Of a stretch of 64,000 bases of DNA, positions 11,285-26,732 are shown one piece after another. Location of the stretch: contig WELB01000026.1 of NCBI GenBank assembly GCA_009602725.1, positions 619,580 through 683,579 on the forward strand, given 5' to 3'. The notes under the pieces are model-generated. The model did not search any database, was not told the DNA's origin, and saw only the letters and a list, made by a program, of their open reading frames with translations. The number at the start of each line of letters is the position of its first letter. Positions within the stretch are counted from its first letter, which is position 1. The stretch is from Spirogloea muscicola. Its lineage: Eukaryota. Made by a program: the position numbers and the translations under genes.

Positions 11285-14200
11285 TTATTCAGCAATTAAG
11301 GCTGCAAATAGATTCGCAATTTTGGCACTTTTGTAGTCCTCCCTGAGTGGCATATACCTGCACATCATAAGATGGGTAGTCTCAAAGAGCTGAGGCAAGC
11401 AATGGCAAAGAGTAATGCATTCCTGCAATCTGAGACATACAATACCAACAATATGCAGCGATGACATTACCTGAGGCGAAATATATACGCGGAACAAAAG
11501 AGCCATTATCATTAAGAATTTACTAACTAGTCGTAAAACATTTACCGAGCAGCATCTTTAGGGTCGATGCGGCTTCCTTCAAGGAGCATGGGCAAGCTTT
11601 CAGGGGCCACGATGAACAAGTTCACGAGTCTGCAACTCTTATGTGATCTATCAGTAAAGCACCAGAACGTACTTGGTCACAAAACCTAAGAGCAGCAAAG
11701 GGAAGGACTCTAGACATCTTCTGGAGATGGTCACGACCAGACCAAGCAGAAAGTCTGCCAGGCTTTACGTGGGTACTCCCTGATGATGTCAATGTGGGTA
11801 CTCTTAGAGGAAATAGCAGCAGGTGCTCCCATCAGGACTTAGACCTACTGTGGTTGCCTTTGAAGGATCATTTTTCATATGTTGATCGTGAATTGCAAGG
11901 TAAGATGCCCACAAGGAGATACATAACACCAAGTGAGAATAGTACGTACTGGCCAAGGGTTTCAAATTTCTCGTCAATTTGGGGGGCCTTCAACGACCGC
12001 ACAAGCTCCGTGTACTCTGTCACGTCTCTCTTCAGTCTCAAACCTCCACTGCAGAAAGAGCAAGCACTGATGCTGAAGAACAGGACATACATGTGCCATA
12101 GTTGCAAACCTCTTTCATAGCACAATGTAAAGTACACTTCCAGAGATCCTATCTGAAGTTGAATCACTAGCAAATCTTAATCCTCATCAAGCAGAACAGT
12201 ATCCTCTCACACCCTTGACAACATCAGTTACTAGTGGTGTGCAGGCATGCTCGTATTTGCCACTTGTCAACAGTCAAGACAGGAGACATACCTTGGGCTG
12301 AATGTAAATCGCTGGATATGTGCGATGATGCATTTGTGTAATCGATCACCCTGCAATGCAGGACAGAAGGCAGAGAGGTGGAGACACTCAGCTTCATGCA
12401 CAAGCTAAGGAAGAAAACAAACAGCGATATCATGAGATTAGCAACGAAGAGAGAGTCCTGGCTTATTTTACATTCACTCGGACAACAAAAACTTTGATGA
12501 AGGAGGCCATCTGCTGGATGAATGTATGACAAAACCAGGTATGATATGGCAAGTCCAAAAGTGACAATACCACTTCTGCCATGAAGGCTAGCTTGTTAGG
12601 ACCCTCAAGTGATCCCTGGCCAACATCCAAAGTTCTTCCCACGTAAGCAGCAACTCTGCAGTGAAACATGACTTAACCATCTGTAAGCCCAGACTGCAAC
12701 TGACAAGAAGACGACAATTACCAAAAAGTATGACACGACTCTCACAGCAACGAGATTTGTCAGTACCTCAAGGAGCTCAAGGAAAAACATCGCATCACAT
12801 CACAAGATCAGTAAAGCGGATGATAGCACCAGCAGGAGCATGTCAATTAGAATACTGCTATGCATGAACCAGACAATGCACAGCACCAACTAGGGAGCAC
12901 CCCAGCATGGCTTGTATACTGACGATGTGCAGGCCTTGGTTGGACGGTGATCAGGTACATTCCCGTCCTCAGGGGGTCTGAATTCGGCCACTTTCTGCTC
13001 AGTCTGTAGTAGTCTGTCCACCTGAAACCCCCCTTAGATTGAGAGGCTAATTGTCAAGAAGTTGCACCAGAAATCTATGGTTCAGGTGTGTATATTCTGA
13101 TGAATTTAGCTGTCTACGTCTCCAGCTCTTTATATGACAAGCTCAGAAGACCAGCGTGAGTCTGATCTCATTGACTTCTCGTTGTGGACATGAAGCTAGG
13201 CTGAATTTTTCACCTCGGCAACAATTGTATCAACACACAGCTGCAGGCCTCTCAGAGCACCCTGCTCAGCATCAGCCATGCTTAGCCCCATCTCTTCAAT
13301 GCAGGTGGCATGTGCTCCTGGTTTGGCGATGAGATGCCTGGCTATTGTGTTTGTAAAGTGCTGTTTATGCACAGATAAAGGAAAATGCTATCAGACCATG
13401 TCAATGCAACTCATGATGACATGGCATACAGACTGCTATATCTCAGCAAGTGGTTTTCAGACTTGGTAATGGCAGTACTGCAAAGTATTGTAATATTCAG
13501 GGAGCTTCAGTTATTTGTCACCTATGCAAACTTGAAGCAGGAACTTTATTTCATAATGCACAACAATGTTGTGCATGCAAAGTAGAGCAAAAGCAATCTG
13601 TAAGCACAATTCACCACTGATTGTGAGGCAACGCAAGGTCCCCTCAACAACATGTTGCAAGAGCAGAACGACCGACCTGCTGTACCATGCTCACGATGGT
13701 AGTGGCTCGGTGGACAGCCATCATGAATGCTCGAACACTATTCTCTCCAGCCGCTGCAGCACCTTCAGCCTATTACACAGTACATGGACAGAGCAGATCA
13801 GTCATGCTACTGACAGAGTCATATACGGGTGGAAGCACGAGTAAGTATATTAAGTCCCTTCAGAGCCTGAGACCCACTGCAAATAACAGTGTGTATCAGC
13901 AGCGCATTCTCGCCTGCCAAGACACCTATGCTCAGCTAAAAACAGGCAAGTGTCACAGTCTTGCTGTCTCAACCTATGACAATCCCACTTGGGTTGAGTA
14001 CCAGCCAGTCCCAGGTAGCTTGTCGCACATCGACGAGGTGGACTGTAAGTACTCCTGTCACGATCTGAGTGAGCAGTCGATTGTCAATTAATGTCATGCA
14101 AGTACGGGCATTACCGCGGCAATAGCTGCTGCCTGCACTCGCCAACTGACGCTCGTCCCCAAAGTAAACTTGTCCCTCTGGATTGCTGCTTGGTGAAGCT

Positions 14201-17200
14201 CTTGTTCAGCAGCCTGCAGGCCAGCCGTAGTGTACTCCCTCACCTAAGCTTGAGGAGGGAAAGCTACAGTCTGTCAGTAAGTGAGATTGGGTGAAGCAAG
14301 TCCCTTGCCAGGCTAATTGCAAGGAAGGCCACGCAGTTTGCACATCATTACACCATATTCAAGCAGTAAATAGTTGGTAGCTAGGACTCTTCATGCAGCG
14401 AGTGCCTTCACGGAGCTGCATCAGTCTGATTCTATGGCTTTCGCAAGGGCAGTCCAGTGAGCGTGAGGTACATCCAAGCACTGCAAAGGCTGCAGTCCTC
14501 ACCTGATCAAGGAGTGTGCCAAAGACTATCTCTACGCTGTCTGCCAGGGCAGTAGGCTGTACATACAGACAAATGTAAGGCTGGTGTTTAAATACAGTCA
14601 CCAGCATCATGCCTCAAGGTAAGCCTCAAGGTGAGTGATGCTGATAGCGTTCACATGTCAACATGATAGCAGACTACAGCGCTTGCTCAACGTGCTGCCA
14701 TTGCTCCTGCCTGGATGAGCTTGAGGGTGGGGCATCAACCTCGTGTATGAGCAGTAGGCTCCTTGCAACAGCCTCCTCGTTCCACCTCACAAACTCGCTC
14801 ACGACTCCCACCGACAGAGCGGGCTGCGCTCCCGAGCTCAGGCCGGCAGGGCCTAGGCCGCCCCTTGCCCTGGCTCCCCTGATCAGGCTTCCGCCGTGCA
14901 GCGCTTCGGCCTTCAGTTCCATGTTCTGCTTTCACAAAAGCACGATCATACAAGAGGACCTTAAAACAACGTCAACTAGTGGTCCAATCAAACCCTTATG
15001 CAATATTGACTACTGCTTACAAAGTGAATACATGCTGGCACGTTCATGACAGCCTGGTCGGCAATAAGGTAGTACATGGCCTCATACCTTTAAATCAAAC
15101 AGCTGCTGCAAGGAGTTGAGTTCTCGTTGATGATAGGTCTTCAGGTGGCTTGAGAATAAGGACTCGGCAAGACCTTCACATGTTGAACGAGAGCCTCCCT
15201 TAGCCATGTCATTTATCTACTTTCTAATAATGTACCACAAAATCAAATCATGAGGGCACGCAAGTAAGGACCTTCTATGTCCAGCTCGCCGCATCCAAGG
15301 CTCTTCAGCTCCCTAGCCAACTCCTGAGTCCTCTCATAAGCAGCTGCAAGTGTTCGCAAGTACTGCATAACAGAAGTACAACAAAGCGCCAGTCATGCCA
15401 GGGAGCTTGCATGCTGTTGCTCGCCACAACATTTTCTACCCGTCATACCGACAGCGTGACATATTCAGTAACACTACTCAGTACAAACCACTCTACGTGA
15501 AGGTAATGAAATCCAATCAATCCAACCCAACCCATTGCAACTCATTCCAATCTAACCAAACCCTATCAAGTAGACATTCAAAATGCATGTGACGTATTGC
15601 TTTTTGACCACCGCACTAACTCAATGCATGAGATCCCCCTCAGTGCCACTCAATGGATTCACAGCAAGGGCACTAGCTTTGGTACTCACTGTCAGGAAAT
15701 CAAAGCCCTCCGCCTCCTGCTGTTGATAGTCAGGGAGCATCTTGTCCAAGACATTGTATATTCTCTGCTCCAGAATACGTGAGACAAGCAGGGACATGAC
15801 AATATCTGGTGATGGGAATACTGCAGCAACTGTAGTTGCTTCCTTTTTCACCGTATCTGCACAAACATCAGAAGCTTTGAGAGCTTATGATATATCCTAC
15901 TAAGAACATGGAGTACAAGGAAACCCAAACAAGGAACCCTGTCCTGAACTTCACCAACTTCTGTGGTCAAGATGACCCAATATTTCTGCTCACCTACAAT
16001 CTCTTTGTACAAGGCTGACAAGCCCCTGGCAGGATTGTGAAAGCCAGCATTTGCCGCTCCTACTGTATCTCCAATGGCCATCCGATAGTCACTGTTGACG
16101 ATGTCAAAGTCCATGAACATCGGCCGGGAAGCTACATACCTATGCATAGCACTGGTTCCTCTATTGAACTGCACTTCAGAATGCAAGCAAATCTTTACTC
16201 AAAACCCAGTGAACCTGGACGCTGTCGCACCCAAAGTGAGCTGCATTGCAGTGTGCACAGTGAAGGAATTCGGCATAGCAGACACTATGAGCACTTCTCC
16301 ATGATGCCTGCTCATAATAGAGACAGCTAGCCGACCTGATTTAGGATCTTGGCACACTGTGCCATTGTGGCCAGTTCACGCCTCTGTGAGGCAGCATCAA
16401 ACTTCGCAAGCAACCGGTTCTCCAACTCTGCAGGTTGCCGTGAATATTCTATCATGAGCCTCTTGACACTGACTATGATTGCTACTTCAGAAGGAGTGCA
16501 ATGGGATGCAAGCAGGGCCCTCCTTAGAAAAGAATCTTGTTAGACACGGTACAGACCACATGGACTAGCAACAGAGCTTACCATTGCAGTAGTCCTGCAA
16601 GTTTCCCACTGCAACTTCCAAGCCTGGGCTGGCTACTGCAACACCTTTTACTCGCCCTTCCCCAGCCAGCCGTAGACTTGTTGAATCCTCTTCGGCAAAA
16701 GATCCTGGATGAAGAATGACACCCAATCTAAGCGTGCATCCCAAAGCTGCAGCTTGAGAAAAGGCAGCTGATATGACATGCAACCATTCAAGGGCTGGAG
16801 GCGCATGGCGAAGTACTGAGTTTTTGAGCAAGTGCTGCTGCCTCTGCGACTCGCTTGTCGTCAGAAAATACTGGTGCCAGCCGGAGGAGGTCGCCAGGGC
16901 TGTTGTTGAAGTCCATGAGATACTGAGACAAAGTGCCAAGTGTAGCGTGTGCAGGAGTTATAGGTACGCAAGTCGTGCAGAAGAATGACATCCTAGTGGC
17001 AATAGCAAAACAGAGGTCGTCGACAGGACAGGAGAAGAATAACACATTGTGGTCTAGGTGCGAGCTGCTACTGTAGAGGAAGCTGCCTGCTCGAAGAGAA
17101 ATGCCAGTCACACCAGTGGCGCACCTTGATGGACTCTATCAGCTGGCATGCTGCCTCCCTCTCAGAATCAGCACTCTGGAACATCGAACCAGACCCATAC

Positions 17201-18197
17201 ATTAAGCAATCTGCTTGTCAAGCCTCAGTGCAGGCTCCTTGCATGCAAGCACTTCTTGCTTGAACTACCTTTGCAGGCCGCGCTCATCCTTCAGCAAACG
17301 ACTAGCATTCCCTCTGTCTGAAGACTTGTTGCACATCATACGGTACAGCATTGCACCTGCAAGTGATCCCCAATGCGGGCAGCTGTTTGGCTGACCCCAG
17401 AGATACGCGTGTCCAGGCGTCCAAAGCTGTGAAAGAGGACGTCCACGCCCTTTTCAAGCTGCACACATCCTCACAAATCCACATACTGCCAGTAAAGAAT
17501 TGGAGACAAAGAGTGGGCATAGCAGCAAACATGCCGGGAGTCTGGCAAAGGGCGCGACAAAGCGTGGACGGGCACCTCAGTCAGCGTCTTCTTGTGCTCG
17601 TAATCCTGCGCTGATACCTCGCTCTGCAGCTTCGACAGGCTGTGGTCCACCTGCATGTGCCATACGCTGCGTCGCCGACTGTGAGCGTCACTCTGCGCAA
17701 GACCTGCCACCCAACTTCTGGTGGAGAGGCGCCCCGCGCGTCGTCTCGACAGCAGGCCAACAGGTCAAGCGCTCAGGCATCAGTTGGCGTCTCACATTTG
17801 GCAGACCCGCGGACCCCAGTGCTCCTGTCTGTCGCATTCTAGGGTTTAAGGGCGACACAGGGCCAGATGCGGTTGTGGTTTGTGTAAACTGTAAAGCCCT
17901 TCGGCCGTTTGGTCACGACGCTGGCATTGTGTGCCGCCGCTGCGGCCGCCGTCTGCTGCAGGCTGCTACCGGCCTGCTCGGCCCGAATGGTGGGCCGGCG
18001 ACTTTCGTTCACTCGCCACGACCAGGACCGGCTTCGGGGCTCCCCGGGGGCTCCCGCGGCTCTCACCTGCTCGCCGATGCGCAGCAAGTCGCGCCGGACG
18101 TCCCTGAAGACGGGGAGCAGGCGCTCGACCTCGGCGAAGGACGGGCCCGGCGGGCCGGCCCAGCCGCCAGCGGCGGCGGCGCCGCCGCCNNNNNNNN

Positions 18198-18275
<78 letters not shown>

Positions 18276-18330
18276 CGACGCGGCCGCGCGGCGGCGGCGG
18301 CGGCTGCTGCGCGTGCAGGAAGTCGCGCAT
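11285..18330 (-). CDS. SEC10: Exocyst complex component SEC10, about 19 exons; exon 1 is interrupted by an assembly gap
   Basis: Exons include LEKGVDVLFHSFGRLDTRISGVSQTAARIGDHLQ, YLMDFNNSPGDL, VAVGNLQDYCN, ELENRLLAKFD, FNRGTSAMHRYVASRPMF, PDHRPTKAC, LEGPNKLAF, GGLRLKRDVTEY, LVNLFIVAPESL and LREDYKSAKI, all plant SEC10 motifs. Confidence 0.95.
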
Positions 18331-18431
18331 CGTGCGCCGCGCTCCCCGCCGCGTTCCCCGCCGCTCCGCCCGGTCCAAGGCCAGGGGCCCCTTTTCCCCC
18401 TAGTCTGCACTTGTGGCCTTCTTCTAGTCAC

Positions 18432-18475
18432 GTTAGGGTTAGGGTCAGGTTAGGTTAGGTCAGGTTAGGTTAACC
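18432..18475 (+). repeat. Telomere-like/telo-box tract in the divergent promoter region
   Basis: gttagggttagggtcaggttaggttaggtcaggttaggttaacc. Confidence 0.75.
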
Positions 18476-18559
18476 AAAGCCATCGTCCTTTACCGTGTTA
18501 CTGTTTGCGTCTTCAGGCCCCCTTCGTAGCTGTTCAGCGCATTTTAGGCCCCTCCATCA

Positions 18560-18640
18560 TTTGGCCCCTTCGAAGCCTCTTGTTCTTTTTCGGGTTGGCG
18601 TTTCACAGCCCTTGCCCCCATTGGGAGTGCCGCTTCTATC
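18560..18640 (+). repeat. Dispersed ~90-bp repeat copy
   Basis: ttggccccttcgaagcctcttgttctttttcgggttggcgtttcacagcccttgcccccattgggagtgccgcttct. Confidence 0.8.
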
Positions 18641-18749
18641 TTTGCCAGGCCACTTATCATTTTAGGGGTTCAGGGTTCGAGCCGCGCGACCCCCAGCTGC
18701 GCCGGCACAGCTGTCGGGCCGAGAAGCGGGCGAGTGCGCAGTGGACGCC

Positions 18750-19382
18750 ATGGCGCAGAGCTTCCGCGTGCGCGGGGCCGTGCTGGCGCGCCGCGACTGC
18801 ACCTTCGCCGACGCCGCGGACTACCTCGCCGCCTTCCTGGCGCGGGCGGACGCTGCGCTGCTGGAGGCCGCCGGCGTGCGCGCCCACCTCGCCACCGTGG
18901 CCGTGGCCATGCGCGCCGTCGCCAGCGGCGGCGACAGTGGCCGCCGCTGCGGCGCCGCAATGCCGCTTGCTGAGGCATCGCAGGAGCTACCAGTGGCATC
19001 GACGGCGAGTAAGAGCAAGAGCAAGAAGAGGGCGGAGAGGGCAGACCCACCAGCAGTGCCGCAGGAGAAGGGGAAGAAGCGCAGAGGCCAGGAACTGGGG
19101 GCTGCAGCAGCGAACGGACCTAAGGGACGGGAAGGACAGGGGATGGAGGGGCTGCCCACGACGGCAGAGGTCAAGGTGAAAAGGAAGAAGCGGCCAAAGG
19201 GGGAGGAGGAGAAGGAGTTGCCTGAGGTGCGGCAGCTGCCAGGGCCGAAGACAGCAGATAGCACACCTGCCCCACTGACAGTGAAAGTGGAGGAGGAGGA
19301 GCAGAAGAGGAGTAAGCAGAAGAAGGCAGGACTGAAGCCAAACGGCTTCGCAGCGGACCGACCCAAGCAGAAGCGCACTTAG
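18750..19382 (+). CDS. Single-exon protein with a short folded N-terminal domain and Lys/Glu-rich tail; possible RNA polymerase I A14/Ker1-like subunit
   Basis: gccATGG start; GC3-rich codons; MAQSFRVRGAVLARRDCTFADAADYLAAFL...VRAHL followed by KKRK-rich repeats. The function is inference only. Confidence 0.6.
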   Translation: MAQSFRVRGAVLARRDCTFADAADYLAAFLARADAALLEAAGVRAHLATVAVAMRAVASGGDSGRRCGAAMPLAEASQELPVASTASKSKSKKRAERADPPAVPQEKGKKRRGQELGAAAANGPKGREGQGMEGLPTTAEVKVKRKKRPKGEEEKELPEVRQLPGPKTADSTPAPLTVKVEEEEQKRSKQKKAGLKPNGFAADRPKQKRT

Positions 19383-19720
19383 GGGCCTTCTACAAGCCCT
19401 CGGCGTGCCTGTGAACATGGCACAAGCTCGTGCTGCTGGACTCGAGCGCTGGCCCTGCCAGTGTGCAGGCCCCAAGCAGCCCTGCAAGAGGAGGAGCAGC
19501 CGTCCCCAAAGGATCATCCAAAGCTCAGCACGAGAGTCCAGCTGCGAGGAGCAGAAGTGCAGCTGCCCAGTGAGGTCAGCAGGACCTAACCCTGAAGTAT
19601 CACACTCCAACCCTGGACTTCGCAGTTTCTTGACATGGACATTGCACTGTAATACAGGAAAATGCGAGCCAGGCGGCTATGGTCAAGGACGTTGGCTGCA
19701 CGGGGTCTGACTGCCAGAAG

Positions 19721-19768
19721 GGTTTAGGGTGTAGGGTTTTGGGCTTACAGGTTTTAGGTCTAGGGTTT
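19721..19768 (+). repeat. Degenerate telomere-like tract
   Basis: ggtttagggtgtagggttttgggcttacaggttttaggtctagggttt. Confidence 0.7.
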
Positions 19769-20398
19769 CTGTCTTGCTGTAGGCGCCCCACCTCACGCCC
19801 CAACCCCGCACTCTCTCCCCCTGCTCGCATTGATCACATTGCAGGATGGCAGGGCCAGCAGCAACCACTGGGGATCCACCGTGCAGTTCATGGGAGTCAA
19901 GCTACACAAGGCTGGCGGACGCCCTCTCTGACGAGCCACGGCATCGCTGCAGCTGGGCTGTGGCAGCTGGATGGGACGGCCCATAAGGAGGTGCGTAGCA
20001 ACTCTGTTGAGATCAGTCATTTGTCCACCAATCATCGCAGAGCCGCACGGAGGCCTGGCAGGTCACAGCCAGCGAGGCCTCTGGCTGCAGTCTCAATTCT
20101 ACCAGAATGCGATATAGCTAGAGGCACTTGTAAACAAAGAAGTCCCAATGCAGCCCTGCTGACTGAGCCACGCGCCCTTCAAGGCGGTCACCATAAGCTC
20201 CTGACCCTGCTGGGCCGCTGCCGCAGCAGAGCTGGTAGTCCAGGAGGAACACGGGAAGGCTACAAGGGCCAACAGCGGGTGGAGAAAAGGCCGGAAAAAA
20301 TTTCAGGTGGCCAACAAGTGTGCAGTGTGGCCAGCAGAGGCCTAAAGAATGTTGTGCCGGTGAGAGGAGATGCCCTTGCTTTCTCGCCGCCGGGCCGC

Positions 20399-22896
20399 TC
20401 AAAATTCAAATTCTCCCTGGGCCTGAAGGGCAGTGTTCAACATAAGAGATCAGTCTGAATGTGATGTGGTATAGATCGTCACATCCTGTGCCGGACCTGC
20501 AATTGGCACTGACAATCATCCGTGCAGATCCTGTAGGCATCTGGTGCCTGGCCACCCAGCTTCTATTGTGCCAATGTCACACAACAGTGCCCACATGCCT
20601 TCATTGGCTACTTATGGCAGTGGCAGCACCTATGTATTACAAGAAAAGGCACAATAAGGGCCTTGCCTCTTACCTTGACAAACAAGATATCTTTGCCATT
20701 GAGGTTCATGACGCCATCCTTGAGCGTGCATCTCCACTTGTTTTTGGCTCTTGACACCTGAGCATTTTAGCCAAGTCAGCTCCACTAGTTGCTGTTGACT
20801 ATCCAGATTGCCCTGGTGCTACTCTTGGCCAGCAAGCGGAGCGTTGACCATGCGGACCTTGTCAAATTGCGCCAAAACCAGGTGGTCAGTTGCCGGCTCC
20901 TCTTCGCCCTCAGGCCCATCCTCCAGGTCGTCCTCGTCGTCATCCTCCCCCAATGGCGGCTCCGAGTCATCAGACGCCTCAACCACTCCGCTGCCGCCGC
21001 CGTCCGCAGCAGCTGTTACTTCTTCAGGAGCGTCTGCAAAGGCCAGGCCCAAAGTGGACATCTCAGCAAGAGAAATTTCCAGGCAAATTGGCTTTCCTTG
21101 CACCTCACCCTGCCACAGTTCCAGTATTGAGCTTTTTGGCAACTCGAGAAAATGGCTGTGCATGTGCATACTTTCTTCAGGTTCGGGCTCATTGTAGTCC
21201 TCGTCAGGGCCCTGTCCGAAACAGCCGGGCAGACTTGGATGAGATGATCAAATCAGTCAAAGCTCTGACCAGACTTTTCTTAAGTCTGGTTACAAGCAGC
21301 ATACAGCAGAGTTTCAGTGTTGTCCATGCTGAGCCAAAAGGGCGTCCTCAGTACCTCGTCATACTCTTCGTCCACCGGTGGCTCGTCGGAAGTGCCGCCG
21401 TTGATACGCATGATGTCTGTAGTGGTGGATGGCAAGTGGCCTAGCGCCTGCCAGCCAGCCCGCGAGAGGTTGGCAGTGGCAGCGCCCTGAGCTGGTGCTG
21501 CCTCCCCAGCCTCCCTCTTTCGCTTGCGCTCCGCCGAGTCGAGAAGATCCTGAGGCCAGGAGCAGACCAGCAAGCAGGGCCCTAGATAAGTGATATTGAG
21601 CAGTATTCAGCATTGACAAGTATTCAACAACAATCACCCCAACAATAGGTACATAAACTTAAAGCCGCGCTTCATGTGGCACAAAAACTAGGATGTGGCA
21701 AAGAGAATGTTCCCAGCTTCAATCATGTACCGAAGGTGGCAGATTATCATGCATTCCGTTTCTACTTATGCAGACTGCAATGGAGCCGCTGATGCAAGCT
21801 AATAACAACAACCGGCTGCTGTGTGCAGCTCTTGTGCACAAGAGCTGCACACGGCACCCACCTGCGTGACCCCGTTGGCCGCAATCGCTGCCGCGCCACT
21901 TTCCGTTGTCGCTCTGTGACCTGCCGAGCCGCCTCAGCCAGCCAAGAGGCTTCAGACGACTGCAGGAGCACACCCCGCCAGCAAAGAACTGGCGTGCAAT
22001 TGCCACAGGACAAAGGAAGACGCAGAAAGCACGTGGAAGTCTGCGACCACCGTGACCCCGTCTTTGCTGAGGGAGTACCTTCACGCCCCCCGGCCAGCAT
22101 GGCCCAACTGGCCGGCCGCTGCAGACGCGGCAGGCGGGGCGCAGGGTCATGGACAGGTCCGCGACGGGCCGCACCATGCTCCTTGTTGGCAGAGCAGCAA
22201 CAGCGACGGCGACATGGTGCTGCGAGCCGGCGAGGCTGGCAGGCGCCCCTCACCATGAAAGGCTCCGGGCGGCCATCGCGCTTCACGGCCGCGCGCCGGC
22301 CATTGTCGACGTCGTCGTCGTCGTCGAGCGCGTACTGATACACCACTGGCTCCCGCTTGACGCCGCCGCCTCCGCCGCCGCCGCCGCTGCCGCCGCCGCC
22401 GCCGCCACCGCCCGGCTGAGGCCAAGGCCAGAAAGCGGAGACAAGCCATGAGAGAGGGGCACTCGACCACCCAGCAGGCTGCCCAAATTGCACATGGCCA
22501 ATGGCGGACCGCTGCAGGGCGCCGCAAGCCATGGTGTCGGCGACTCAGCGCATGGCCTTGATGGTCACAGCGGCCGCTGAGACAGGGTTGCCCCGCTGAC
22601 CGCGGCGATGGCACTGGCGCCGGCGTGGTACGGCACGTTGAGGTCGTGCCCAGCGAAGCTGCGGCCGCTGGCGGCGGCGGGGCCGGCAGCGGCCGCGGCG
22701 GCTCCGTCGGGGCGCCCCGCCACGGCGCCCGTCTGGAAGAGCTTCAGCTCCCAGAGCTGCAGCAAACTCGGAGGCGGGGCCGCCGCAGAGTTAGTGGGCG
22801 AGGGAGCGGCGCCGCGGACAGGCCTGTGCCAACTGACGTCCCTCCGCAACGAGCGCCACGGCAATGAGCCACTGGCGAGCGTCAGCGAGCGCCGTT

Positions 22897-22931
<35 letters not shown>

Positions 22932-22943
22932 ACCGGCGGCGGC
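20399..22943 (-). CDS. GTF2A1: Transcription initiation factor IIA large subunit; start lies in the gap
   Basis: LWELKLFQTGAV; HDLNVPY; GRPEPFM; acidic SEPPLGEDDDEDD; HLVLAQFDK|VSRAKNKWRCTLKDGVMNLNGKDILFVK|AQGEFEF*. Confidence 0.93.
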
Positions 22944-23408
22944 NNNNNNNNNNNNNNNNNNNNNNNNNNNNNNNNNNNNNNNNNNNNNNNNNNNNNNNNN
23001 NNNNNNNNNNNNNNNNNNNNNNNNNNNNNNNNNNNNNNNNNNNNNNNNNNNNNNNNNNNNNNNNNNNNNNNNNNNNNNNNNNNNNNNNNNNNNNNNNNNN
23101 NNNNNNNNNNNNNNNNNNNNNNNNNNNNNNNNNNNNNNNNNNNNNNNNNNNNNNNNNNNNNNNNNNNNNNNNNNNNNNNNNNNNNNNNNNNNNNNNNNNN
23201 NNNNNNNNNNNNNNNNNNNNNNNNNNNNNNNNNNNNNNNNNNNNNNNNNNNNNNNNNNNNNNNNNNNNNNNNNNNNNNNNNNNNNNNNNNNNNNNNNNNN
23301 NNNNNNNNNNNNNNNNNNNNNNNNNNNNNNNNNNNNNNNNNNNNNNNNNNNNNNNNNNNNNNNNNNNNNNNNNNNNNNNNNNNNNNNNNNNNNNNNNNNN
23401 NNNNNNNN

Positions 23409-26027
<2,619 letters not shown>

Positions 26028-26732
26028 CCAAGATGTGAGCGCGCTTGCGGCTCGAAAGCAACTTGCTTACCCGTGGCCAGACAAATGATTGATTCTTCAC
26101 AACATTCAGTTTTGAGTGCATACACTGCAATGACAGATCTGGGAGATTATGCAGCCTCAGTAGAGGGGGTCTGTGAGATCTCTTGTCTTGCCTGTATCAA
26201 GAAAAGGCACTTGTATACCTCAGGGTCAAGAAGTTGTGAACAATGTCACGGTGAGGCTTGGGACTGCTACAATTGGAAGCTCTTATGCTGTCATTGTACA
26301 AGACCTACTCAGAGCGTGGCACCAACTTTTGCTTTTGCTATGTTGCAGTGTTTGATACAACAAGGCTAGGTCCGGCTGTGGTTTTCCTAAAGAAATTTAG
26401 CTGGACAAGTATACCACATGTGTTCTACTATTTACTCTCCCTGGAGGGGACTCAGAGAAATGCGTCACTGAAATAAGACGGAACTAGCACGACTTTCTCT
26501 TGTGCTACCACATGGGCAGCACAGCTCAAGCGAGCAAAAGCAGCTTGATGGGCAAGAGCTGGAGCACAGATCCTTGTGCAATGAATGCCTGACAAGCAGC
26601 ACAGCAGCTACCACTGCCTTCCTGAGATAAGTGCTGGGTATCTGGCCCAAACAAGCTTTGGGTCTGTACAAGTCGCTCGAGCAGGCCAAACAAGGCGACG
26701 AGGCGGCCACGCCAAAATTGTCGGAAGCCCAG

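Noticed and set aside
18190..18275. Long poly-T runs (also 23408-23530 and 34705-34813) producing poly-K/poly-F ORFs
   Set aside because: They always abut N-gaps, and one interrupts SEC10 exon 1, so they are most likely gap-filling artefacts rather than retroposon tails or coding sequence.
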